Below, piece after piece: positions 52,660 to 64,000 of a DNA stretch of 64,000 nucleotides (within the stretch, counting starts at the first letter, position 1; every line of letters starts with the position of its first letter). The notes below the pieces were generated by a model. It was not told where the DNA came from, ran no database searches, and was given only the letters and a program-made list of their open reading frames with translations. A program made the translations under genes and the position numbers. Source of the stretch: Octopus sinensis (Eukaryota); the NCBI RefSeq assembly GCF_006345805.1, contig NC_043006.1:51832001-51896000 (forward strand). Direction: 5' to 3'.

Positions 52660-52930
52660 CTTTTTACACACACACAGGCGTACACACACACTCACATATA
52701 TATATAAATATAAACATATATATGTATACAAACAAATTTATACATGCACACACATATATACCTATAAGAACATATACACACATAAATATATAGAATATAC
52801 ATATACATTTATTTATATATTTACATGTAGGCATGTATGTGCTTGTGCGGAATTTGTGTATATACGTCTGTTTATACATACATACATACATACATACATA
52901 CATACATACATACATACATACATACATACA
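50735..52930. repeat. About 1.09-kb direct tandem duplication
   Basis: Offset 1091-1094; unique parts differ by about one indel; breakpoints lie in (CATA)n. Confidence 0.95.
51025..51370 (-). mobile_element. RTE-clade LINE 3' fragment (second copy at approx 52116-52462 from the tandem duplication)
   Basis: LQTFVKKCLCRILKI*WSD..NRNLWDRTK..EIMKRKW. Confidence 0.65.
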
Positions 52931-53334
52931 TACATAAATACATACATACGTACATATATATATGTGAATGCATAGATTGATATTGATATATATACATACA
53001 CACTACATTCACGTATGGATGTGTGTGTGTATAATCACATGTAGGTATACATTTTTGTGTCTGTATGTATTGGCGTGCGTGTCTTTGTAGATACGCACGC
53101 CTATTGTTCTGACTATATTTCCTAGCAAGACACTGTTGTCATTTTCTTAGCAACTTATATTGATTTCTAGCATAGTTACAAGTCCATACATCGCAGGAGC
53201 ATTTATATCCGATTACAATAACCTTTACTTGATTGTGCAATGGAAAAGTTTTAAAACATTAACTCTTTCTCTCTCTCTCTCTCTCACACTCTTTCTTTCT
53301 ATTCTTCTTGTACCCGCGCACACATCTTTTATTT

Positions 53335-53717
53335 TTTATTTGCTTCAGTTATTGGACTGCAGCCATGTTGTAGTACTGCCTTGAAGTGTTTAGTCGAACC
53401 AGTCGATACCAGTACTTTTTTTTTAAAGACTTTACTTTGTTGGTCTTTTTTTTCTGCTAAACTGTTACGTTAAGGAGACATAAACAAACCAACACCAGCT
53501 GTCAAGCGGTGGAAAGACAGACACAAAACAAAGGTGTACACCCGTACGTATACACATACACATACATACATATATATATATATATACGATCGGCTTTTTC
53601 AGTTTTCATAAAGAAATTTATTCACAAGGCTTGGTGATGTAGTAGAAGATACTTGGCCAAAGTGCCACGAAGCGGGACTGAACTTGAAAACATGTGGTTG
53701 TGCAGGCAATCTTTTTA

Positions 53718-53720
<3 letters not shown>
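53335..53720 (-). mobile_element. SINE family A (diverged)
   Basis: Homology to other copies. Confidence 0.8.
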
Positions 53721-53784
<64 letters not shown>

Positions 53785-53875
53785 GTACCATGTCTGAGCC
53801 TATATGTTTTGGTTTTATATTTCCAATTCTTCACGAATGGAGAGCTTGGCCCTAATATCTATGTATGTATGTATA

Positions 53876-54230
53876 TCTCTACTATTTTATAATTATTATA
53901 AATCTTCCACCGAGGAGGGAACCGGTTTCCAGCAAAGATACAAGGCTCCGTCTCTGGGATGTAGTTAATACAAATTCACATTTGGAACTCGAGAGAAGTC
54001 TTGCATATTGCACCTGTAATATACGAATTAGCCGATTGATTTCTCTTTCTGAAAATCCCAGTTTATCCAGATTCTTCTTTAAGCATTTACTAACAAAACA
54101 TAGTGCTCCAATTATTATTGGTATGAATATGAATGGATTTAGAAGCTGGAGGCTTCAAAGCAGTTGTCCATACATATTCTCTTTTCTTTTGATTTTCAGA
54201 GAGATATTTATATCTGTAGGGCAGATAAAA
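53876..54230 (-). mobile_element. R4/Dong-like element, short 3' fragment, copy 2
   Basis: Nucleotide homology to 36017-36365; CPTDINISLKIK. Confidence 0.85.
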
Positions 54231-54334
54231 ATGTATGTATGTATGTATGTATGTATGTATGTATGTATGTATGTATGTATGTATGTATGTATGTATGTAT
54301 GTATGTATGTATGTATGTATGGATGTATATATGT

Positions 54335-54736
54335 ATGAGCAGATTTGTATGTTTTATGTATATATTCTCATGCATATAGTTACATATCTAGACATGCTCA
54401 TACATATTTAAATGTTAAACTTCTGGAAAGTTTTACAGATTTTTACAGTTCCTGTGATGGACTGGATCTGTAGTCTTCGAATTAGCGTTCTCCTTTCTGA
54501 TTTTGAGAAGCCTAATTCCACAAGATTGGTATTTAGGCAGTGTGTTTCATATCCTAGGACCCCAATAATTACAGGTATAAACCTGAACTTGTAATCTGGA
54601 TAGAGTAACTGCTGATTTCTCAATAGTTCAGCATAGGTGTTTTCTTTTTCACTGATCTTCAGTTTTATGTTAGCATCTGCTGGGCAGCTAATTTTCACAA
54701 CTGTGTGCAGTTTCTCTTCTCTATCTCAAATCATTA
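54335..54736 (-). mobile_element. R4/Dong-like element, 3' fragment, copy 3 (related subfamily)
   Basis: ISCPADANIKLKISEKENTYAELLRN...IPVIIGVLG...SITGTVKICKTF. Confidence 0.85.
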
Positions 54737-54760
54737 TATGTATGTATGTATGTATGTATG

Positions 54761-54792
<32 letters not shown>

Positions 54793-54824
54793 TGTATGTA
54801 TGTATGTATGTATGTATGTATGTC

Positions 54825-54856
<32 letters not shown>

Positions 54857-55004
54857 TGTATGTATGTATGTATGTATGTATGCGTGTATGTAAACAATGC
54901 ATGCAGTGATGAGCTGAGTAATCAATATCTTAACGATTTCTCTAAGCTAGCAACAGTTTAACCACGTGTTCTGTATCAAAAATAATCCAATACTGTCAAT
55001 AGAC

Positions 55005-55150
55005 GCAGGAGTGGGTGTGTGGTAAGTAGCTTGCTTACCAACCACAGGGTTCCGGGTTCAACCCCGCTGCGTGGCACCCTGGGCAAGTGCCTCGGACCGT
55101 CCAAAGCCTTGTGAGGGGATTTAGTAGATTGAAACTGAAAGAAGTCCGTA

Positions 55151-55191
<41 letters not shown>

Positions 55192-55208
55192 TGTATGTGT
55201 GTGTGTGT

Positions 55209-55253
<45 letters not shown>

Positions 55254-55440
55254 GTCTGTGTTTGTGCCCCCAACATCACTTGACAACCGATGCTGGTGTG
55301 TTTACGACCCCGTAACTTAGCGGTTCGTCAAAAGAGACCGCTAGAATAAGTACTAGGCTTACAAAGAATAAGTCCTTGGGTCGATTTGCTCCAGTATGGT
55401 TGCAGTCAAAAGATTGAAACAAGTAAAAGAGTAAAAGAAT
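55005..55440 (+). mobile_element. SINE family A
   Basis: Full-length homologue. Confidence 0.9.
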
Positions 55441-55764
55441 ATTATATCTGTTTAATAGGAGCATCTGAAAAAATATAGACATAGGAAAAACATTGGTGAA
55501 CATTGGTGATTGTCTGTGTCAGCGAAAACTAACAAATATCATTTTAGAAGAGAGTAAGGATTAATGGCCGCGAAAATAGCAAAATATAATCTTTCTTCTC
55601 CTCTGAATATAAAGAAGCTCGGTAAAAAATGATAGTTGGAGATCGATTTTGTGTAGCGAGGAATAGCCAAAGACGAGAAGCGATATGATTGGATTAGAGA
55701 CCGAGGAGGCAATGAACAAAAGAGAAGTCACAAAAAGTGACAAAGTTGAAGAATCCTTTGTAAT

Positions 55765-56566
55765 GTAGGCACAAAGGCTGGATTTTTGGTGAGGGGGACA
55801 ATCGATTATATCGATTCCTGTACTTAATTTATCGATTCCGAAAGGATGAAAAGCAAAGTCGACCTCGGCGGAATTTGAACTCAGAACGTAGCAGCAGACG
55901 AAATACCTATTTCTTTACTACCCACAAGGGGCTAAACACAGAAGGGACAAACAAGGACAGACAAACGAATTAAGTCGATTATATCGACCCCAGTGCGTAA
56001 CTGGTACTTATTTAATCGATCCCGAAAGAATGAAAGGCAAAGTGGACCTCGGCGGAATTTGAACTCAGAACGTAGCGGCAGACGAAATACCTATTTCGTT
56101 ACTACCCACAAGGGGCTAAACACAGAGGGGACGAACAAGGACAGACAAACGGATTAAGTCGATTACATCGACCCTAGTGCGGAACTGGTACTTAATTTAT
56201 CGACCCCGAAAGGATGAAAAGCAAAGTCGACCTCGGCGGAATTTGAACTCAGAACGTAACGGCAAACGAAATACGGCTACGCATTTCGCTCGGCGTGCTA
56301 ACGTTTCTGCCAGCTCACCGCCTCGGCAGACTAAATACCTATTTCTTTACTGCCCACAAGGGGCTACACACAGAGGGGACAAACAAGGACAGACAAACGG
56401 ATTAAGTCGATTATATCGACCCCAGTGCGTAACTGCTACTTATTTAATCGAGCCCGAAAGGATGAAAGGCAAAGTCAACCTCGGCGGAATTTGAACTCAA
56501 AACGTAGCGGCAGACGAAATACCACTAAGCATTTCGCTTGACGTGCTAACGGTTCTGCCGGCTCGC
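55765..56566 (-). mobile_element. Head-to-tail array of four SINE B units
   Basis: About 184-bp period for the first units; junction gcagacgaaatac|ctatttc. Confidence 0.9.
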
Positions 56567-56989
56567 AAAGTTGAAGAATAAAGGTATTTTCATAAATCTC
56601 CAAACACACATGAAAAGAGTTACATTTGAAAGGATATGTTCGAGTATGGTACGAACTATAGAGGGCTCAGGAAGACAACAAATACAATACAACAAATACA
56701 TACATAATGAGCTATTAAGACAGTGCTTCATATGCCCCCTGAAAGTCCACATAGGATTTTTTTGTGGTAGTGGTGGTGGTGGTGGGGTATATGCAAACAA
56801 AATAGTAAACTGGAGATCCACAGTAGTATTTTAAGGGTCCATGAAAGAATTTTGCTTTAAATATATTTATTGTAAGAAACGGCTAAATTTCTTTCTCAAA
56901 CATTTTATATAGATCAATCCACACAAGATAATATGTGAGTAATAAAATGGGAATTTTGAAAGAAGTATCTATAAAACTAGTTTTAAACA

Positions 56990-57145
56990 TAGTGGGTGTG
57001 TGGCAAGAAGCTTGCTTACCAACCACATGGTTCCGGGTTCAGTCTCACTGTGTGACACATTGGGCAAGTGTCTTCTACTATAGCCTCGAGCCGACCAAAG
57101 CCTTGTGAGTGGATTTGGTAGGCGGAAACTGAAAGAAGCCTGCCG

Positions 57146-57189
<44 letters not shown>

Positions 57190-57600
57190 AAATGAGAAAA
57201 TGGAGAAACATACCTAAATCAATCATCAACCATCAGATAATACCCAATCAATACTTTATTACACCATTACATAACAACAATGACATTATACATAATATAT
57301 TGCAAATATAACTAGACATGGAAATAGAAATATAAAATATATATATATATATTTATGTATATATATATATATGTACGTGTGTGTATATGTTTGCATGTCT
57401 GTGTTTGTCCCCCCCCCAACATCGCTTGACAACCGATGTTGGTGTGTTTACGTCCCCGTAACTTAGCGGTTCGACAAGAGACCGATAGAATAAGTACTAG
57501 GCTTACAAAGGATAAGTCCTGGGGGTCGATTTGCCCGACTAAAGGCGGAGCTCCAGCATGACCACAGTCAAATGACTGAAACAAGTAAAAGAGTAAAGAG
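56990..57600 (+). mobile_element. SINE family A with about 150 bp of foreign sequence inside its (TA)n
   Basis: 5' and 3' halves separated by unique sequence at approx 57185-57335. Confidence 0.85.
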
Positions 57601-59667
57601 TATGGAATAGCCACGGGGTCCACCAAAATATAATAACATTAAAAGGGGACCTTAGATAAAATCTGGTTGAGATCCACCGTATTAAGATAACATTACAATG
57701 AAGGATAAAGTTATAGGAAGGGGTTTGGTATAACGGTGCGGTTTAAGCGACAGAGAGACATTTGCCCAAGATGCCATGCAGAGGGACGGAACCCAGAACC
57801 ATGCGGTTGGGAAGTAAATTTCTCACCATACAGCCACGCCAACTATTACTCCGCTCGCAAGTATGTATTACTTGGTAGCATGTAGGGTACTTTCGCTAAT
57901 TGTTTTAAGTGTGTATCTAGTTTGCGAGCAATCATAAATACTTGCGGAGCTCTCTTACTCTTCACCTAAGGAGAGTCAAGAATTTGAGAGCTGGAGCTGC
58001 AGGACTGCCCTGGCACTTGACAGGTGATTATACTCAGCCGAATGATGTGCCTTGCTCTAGTTCTATAAAGTTCGCATTAAACTTTCTTTTATTCAGGGTT
58101 GATAATATACATAAGCGGTGAATTACCAGTGTTGATTAACTCGTCCGCAGTGTACTATTATCCCAAAATTGTAACATCGACTCTGTATTATATTTACATA
58201 ACATTCAACAATTCACACTTCGTTTCATTTAATAATTTTGGGAAAAACGGATATACTAATTAAAACGAATATGTAATCAAACTAGCCGTTTGATCCCAGG
58301 TAAACTCTGATCGAAGTTTTTACTTATCTTAAAAACCCTTTTGACCCCAACCCACATGAGAACGCTCTGGTTCTACGATACCACCTTCCTGTTTAAAGTA
58401 ATCTACATTTAAACTTCCACCAAACTTTCGTTTTAATGTATGTTCCATACACTAGTTCAATAATCCTTTGTATTATAGGCACAAGGCCTGAAAATTAAGG
58501 GAACGGAGTTAGTCGATTACATGGAACCTAATCTGGAACTTATTTTATCAACTCCGAAAGGATGACAGGCAATGTCGACCTCGGTAGAATTTGAACGCAG
58601 AACGTAAAGCCGGAAGAAATGCTGTAAAGTATTTTGTCCAGCGTACTCACGATTCTGTCAGCTCACCCACCTTACCCCAGCTTTATTCTGACAAAGTCAA
58701 GTTCTTGTTTTTTTTTTTTTAATCTCAAAGTTAATTAAAACAAAGGCTGTGTATTTTTAAAAGACGCAAAAGGTAACGAAAGGTGTGATGAAAGAAAAAA
58801 AAATATAGTCTTCAAAAAAAAAAAAAAAACGATCACGTGTATGTTTTCTTGGTCTGTAATGTTTAGATAGGATATACAAAAATATGAGTTTAGGGCGATA
58901 ATATCGCAATGTGTTTTTAGAACAATATTATGCTTAGCATGGAGATAGCAATGTGTTTAGAGCGATACAGCAATATGTTCAGAGCGATACTGTGGTATTT
59001 ACGAAAGTACTCACCTTGTTTGTTTATTGACACCTGCTGGCAAACACAATAATATGAAGTAAACACTGCTACTGCCTAGCAGCTGACATCCGTTGCTTTC
59101 TTCGTCGTCTCCATTCGACCAGACAAAAGGTGTTGCCACGGACGCCTGGGTAACTATATAACTAAAGCGGTGTCGATACGATACCTGTTCTTACTTGTAC
59201 TTTTGGCTTCTTGTAATATATATATATATATATATATATGACGTACTTACGAATCTTCGTGCGTATGTATGTATGTATGTATGTATAAGTGAACACACAT
59301 CCATGTATGTTTATGTGTGTAAGTATATGGTGTGTGTATGTGTGTATGTGTGTGTGTGTGTGTGTGTGTGCGAAGGTGCGTTGCCAAGTGGTAAGAGTAT
59401 TGCACTCAGGATAGCGAGATCGTGAGTTCGATTTCCGAACCAAGCTGTGCGCTGTTTACTGCAGCAAAACATTTCATTTCACGTCGCTTCGACATCTGAC
59501 GTGTGGCACCCCACCCACCTGTGCAGGCAATGTTTGATTTGATGGGGTGAATGTGCTGTGCTAATGGACAGCACAACCATTTGATCATTATAAACAAATC
59601 GCCTGTGCAGAAAGTTGTGAAAGCCTTAACTATCGTGTACGACAGGATAGTCCACTTTAGAGATATA

Positions 59668-59945
59668 TGTGTGGCTGTGTGGTAAGTAGCTCGCTTACCA
59701 GCCACATGGTTCCGGGTTCAATCCCACTGCGTGGCACCTTGGGCAAATGTCTTCTACTATAGCCTAGGGCCGACAAGCCTTGTGAGTGGATTTGGTAGAC
59801 GAAAACTGAAAGAAGCCAGCTAAGTGGACTGGAGCAACGTAGAATAAAATATCTTGCCCAGGGACACAACGCACCACTGGGAATCGAACTCATGACCTTA
59901 TGATCATGAGCGGAATACACTGACCACTAAGCCACTCACCTTCAC
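59668..59945. mobile_element. SINE A 5' half (+) joined to a SINE C head (-)
   Basis: Junction at gaaagaagcc|agctaagtggactggagc. Confidence 0.75.
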
Positions 59946-60008
59946 GTGTGTATACATACATACATACATGTGCACACATACATACATACATACATACATA
60001 CATACATG

Positions 60009-60040
<32 letters not shown>

Positions 60041-60672
60041 ATAATATAAATAATATATAAATATATGCATATATACAGACATATATGTACAAACCTATAT
60101 ATATATATATATGTATATATACATGCAAACATACATACATACATCTAAAGAGGTATATGGTGTGTATGTGCGTGTGTGTGTATGTGTGTGTGTGTGTGTG
60201 TGAGTGTGTGTGTGAGTGTGTGTGTGAGTGTGTGTGTGAATGTATATGTACACATATGCATATGTTGACGCACTGCGGCTGAAAGGTATTAATCTCACTG
60301 AAAGGTTCAGTCTCACTGCATGACATCATAAGTATGCATGTAGACGCAAATAGTATAGTATGGTTGCCCTGCAGGTCAGTTGTACCTGCAATTCGAAAGG
60401 TTCAGCCATTTCACCGCTATGGCAAGCTGATTCTATGTTGGAGTCATATGCAGTTTCCACTAAGTGTTTGTTCACTGCCTCTTGATGCAAAGATAATTCA
60501 ATAAATGAAGAATATATCTTATGCGAACTTTGTTGCTCCAGGTCAGTCTCCATCGAGATACGTAATATTACCCCAGTTTTGGTTTAATTTTAACACGCAT
60601 ATATATGTATATGCGTCGGTATGCCGGTGTCAATACATACACATATCCGGGTATTAGGTCTATATATATATA

Positions 60673-60715
<43 letters not shown>

Positions 60716-61562
60716 CATACATACACACACACACACGTATATATATATATATATATAATATATGTATATATAAATTAATAAATAAATAAAACATGCATAT
60801 ATACGTACATATATGTACGTACCTAACTCTACCTTACTGTCTCTCCCTCTCTCTCTCTCATTCTGCATTCTTTTCTCTACAACCATTCCCTTTTTTTCTC
60901 TCCCTTTCTCTTACTCCTCCTCCTCCCTTCCGTCGTTGACCCGCGACGAGAACTCTGCTACTGTCTTTCTTCTGGCTACCTTCAAGTAGAGACGGCACAT
61001 CTGTTGCTCCCTCGCCGTTCTCAAAAAATGGCGTTCGTAAAATTTTTTTATCTCGTTCGGCTTAACAGCCCTTCTTGTTTGTGTTACTGTTATTCTCATT
61101 GTACTGTCTTTTACTGTTTATATTTTATACTGTCGTTACTGTCTTGTTTTTGTTACCATTTTTACCCCTCCGCAAAAAAATATCTAATATTATTTAATTT
61201 GATTTTCGCTGGAAGGATTGTTTCATTAAAGTCATGTATCGCCTTGACCTTCGAAACGTGGAGTAGATGAAACAAAGGCGACTGAAGAAGGGGAATTTTC
61301 CTTGTTTTGTATGTCCTGTACTCTATTTTTTCGTTGCTTAAGAAAAATGTCCATTTCCTTGGTTTTGTGTTTATGTTTTCGTTTCTCATTGTGTTCGACG
61401 TTTTTTTGGTGTCCTGTACCCATATATTCATGTATATATACATGTAGAGGTAGGTACGTACATATATGTATGTATATATACATATGTTTTATTTATTTAT
61501 TAATTTATTATATGACGGAACGCACGCATCCATTTCTAAGTAAGATTGTTCTCTCTCTCTCT

Positions 61563-61627
<65 letters not shown>

Positions 61628-62621
61628 CACACATACACGCGCGCACGCACACACACACACACACATATATATATACTCTTTCTTTTAGTCCCCTCATACT
61701 TTCTCCTTCCTTCTTTCTTCTCTCCCTCCTTTTTCTCGCTCCCCTTCTCTCACATTTCTTGACCTTCTCTTTCTTTAATCTACCTATTTTTCATCGTTTA
61801 TCTTCCTTGTACCTTCTCTATGTCCTTTTGCTTTTTTCTCTCTTTCTCGTCCTCTCCCTAATTCTTCAATCCCTCTGACCCTTACTTCTCTCCTTTCCTT
61901 TCACGTGACCGATGTTCAGTCAAGCATTATCTTTCTTTCTTGGCTTGACCGCCAGATACGAAGCAGCTCTTATTCCCGTCTCCTGACTTTCATCTCTGAT
62001 GTTCATCTATGTTCCTGCTTTACGTTCTGAGTTCAAATTCCGCCGAGGTCACTTTGCCTGTCATCTTTTCGGGGTCGATTAACAAAGTACCAGTTACGCA
62101 CTGGGTTTAATGTAATCGACTTAATCCCTTTGTCTGTCCTTGTTTGTCCCCTCTATGTTTAGCCCTTTGAGGGCAATAAAGAAATATATGTTCCTGCCTC
62201 AAGGCTTTCATTCCATACGCCAGCTCAACGTGATTCGTTTCTATCAGTAGAAAGACACCTGTTGTTATTTTCTTGTTATTTGTAATTCAGTAACATTTTC
62301 TCCGTTTTTAGCATTTTTATATGTTTTTTGTCTTTGTTGTCGTACACATTCGCTTGCTTTCTCCCAAAATATTTATGCTCTTAGCTTAGATTTTAGGGGC
62401 CAGTCAGATTTAAACAGTCTCAAGTGTAACCGGCCGAAACTGTAAGGGTAATCTGGAAACTTGATTGAGGAGAGAAGGCCACGAATGGCCCGTCCTTGTT
62501 TCGTCCTGTCCGCCTTTTTGTTCTTTTTCCTGTCCGACCTCGTATCGTCTATCTGTCCGGATGTTTTACTGTCGTCTGTTCTTGTTCCATTTTTGGGATT
62601 TATATATATATATACATATAT

Positions 62622-63340
62622 CATCATCTTTTAACGTCCGCTTTCCATGCTAGCATGGGTTGGACGATTTTGACTGAAGGCTGGCGAACCAGATGGCTGC
62701 ACCAGGCCCCAATCTTGATCTGGCAGAGTTTCTACAGCTGGATGCCCTTCCTAACGCCAACCACTCCGAGAGTGTAGTAGGTGTTTCTTACGTGCCGCCG
62801 GCACGGAGGCCATTCAGGCGGTACTGGCAATGACCTCGCTCAAATCTTTTTACACATGACACCAGGACAGGTGTCAGTAGGGCGATGTTGGTAACGATCA
62901 CGCTCGAATGGTGCCCTTTTACGTGCCATGGCAACGATCACGCTCGGATAGTGCTCTTGGCACCCTACTAGCACGGGTACAAGTGCCAGTAAGGCGACGC
63001 TGGTAACGATCACACTCGAATGGTGCCCTTTTATGTGTCACTGGCACGGAAGTCGGTTAGCCGCTCTGTCAACGATCACACTCATGGTGCTCTTTGCACC
63101 CCGCTAGCACGGATGCCAGTCATCGAATTTGATCTTGATTTTGATTTCGATTTCGATTTCACTTGCCTCAACAGGTCTTCGCAAGCAGAGTTTAGTGACC
63201 AAAGAACGAAAAGGTACGCATAAGCGGGCTGGTTACGCTTCTGGCACAGGCCACAGGTTATGGTCTCATTTGGCTTGCCGGGTCTTCTCAGGCACAGCAT
63301 ATTTCCAAAAGTCTCGGTCGCTAGTAATTTCCTTGATGAT
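62622..63340 (-). mobile_element. RTE-tailed non-autonomous retroposon with internal subrepeats
   Basis: Ends ccatgctagcatggaaagcggacgttaaaagatgatga; four aacgatcac(g/a)ctc subrepeats. Confidence 0.6.
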
Positions 63341-63369
63341 ATATATATATATATATATATAAGAAGGGA

Positions 63370-63790
63370 TAGTATTACTAAAGTACTAACACGCGTGGCA
63401 AGCGAGTTATCAGTCGTACAGGTAAATTAATAAAATATATAATACAATATTTATATATATATATATACATGTATATATAAGAATACAAAAATGGGACAAG
63501 AACGCAAAATATCTAGACAGTTACATGATACAAAAATGGGACAACAAAACATCCAGAAAGTTAGGTGATACAAAAAAAGGGACAAGAAAATACAAGGACG
63601 AGTCATTCGGAATTTTCTTTCGTCAGTCGAGTTCCAGATTATCATTTCAGAGCACTAAATTCCTTAGAAGAAAGCAGTGAATGTATACAAAAACAAGGAC
63701 GGAAAAAAACGGAGAAATACAAATGCAAACAACAGGACATTAACAACAGATATCTTTCGACTAAGGACGAATTAAATTAAACTGGCGTGT
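63370..63790 (-). mobile_element. Penelope pLTR-like repeat family X (related copies at approx 61160-61430 and 62290-62610 in opposite orientation)
   Basis: Mutual homology, (TA)n flanks, gatacaaaaatgggacaa subrepeats. Penelope assignment is inference. Confidence 0.4.
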
Positions 63791-63840
63791 GTCATCTCTT
63801 ATGTCCCTGCCGTGTCACGACAGGGACATAAGAGATGACA
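63790..63840. repeat. Perfect 20-bp hairpin
   Basis: tgtcatctcttatgtccctg / cagggacataagagatgaca, 11-nt loop. Confidence 0.95.
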
Positions 63841-64000
63841 GGCATGGGAAGGAATATAGATGTTGCACGGATGATAGTCGAACCAAGAAAGAAAGGTCAG
63901 GCTTGGCCGAACACACAAACATCTTCGACTGCGTATGGCATGCACATTTCCTACCTGACCGCCTACGGACGCTATATGTTTCTTATCTCTTGGATCGATT

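Noticed and set aside
55801-56566. Regularly spaced repeats resembling a CRISPR array
   Set aside because: The units are whole SINE copies with homologous, not unique, intervening sequence, and there are no cas genes.

Overview
AT-rich, microsatellite- and transposon-dense metazoan DNA. The tRNA-derived SINE families and the (CATA)n/(CTAT)n/(TA)n load look like an Octopus (cephalopod) genome; this is recognised from memory, not verified. There are no prokaryotic features, CRISPR arrays or rRNA. Most ORFs in the track are microsatellite translations. One spliced host gene can be reconstructed on the minus strand (phase-consistent exons 9854-9750, 6810-6616, 4994-4793, 4678-4624), with a FAM216-like motif, a 10-nt micro-exon and an alternative donor. 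The rest is mobile DNA: a Tigger, mariner, rosa/maT-type elements, Helitron/Helentron derivatives, MITEs, Tx1/RTE/Penelope fragments, R4/Dong-like REL retrotransposons and three abundant SINE families. The most interesting signals are (1) two structurally intact type I hammerhead ribozymes sharing a CCUAUUU...core...cleavage site+6 nt+AAUAAA layout next to (TA)n, plus a tandem pair of non-canonical minimal hammerhead-like motifs, and (2) three R4-like insertions that all sit inside (CATA)n microsatellites, suggesting target specificity. Repeat boundaries are approximate (about +/-20 bp) unless TIR/TSD positions are given.
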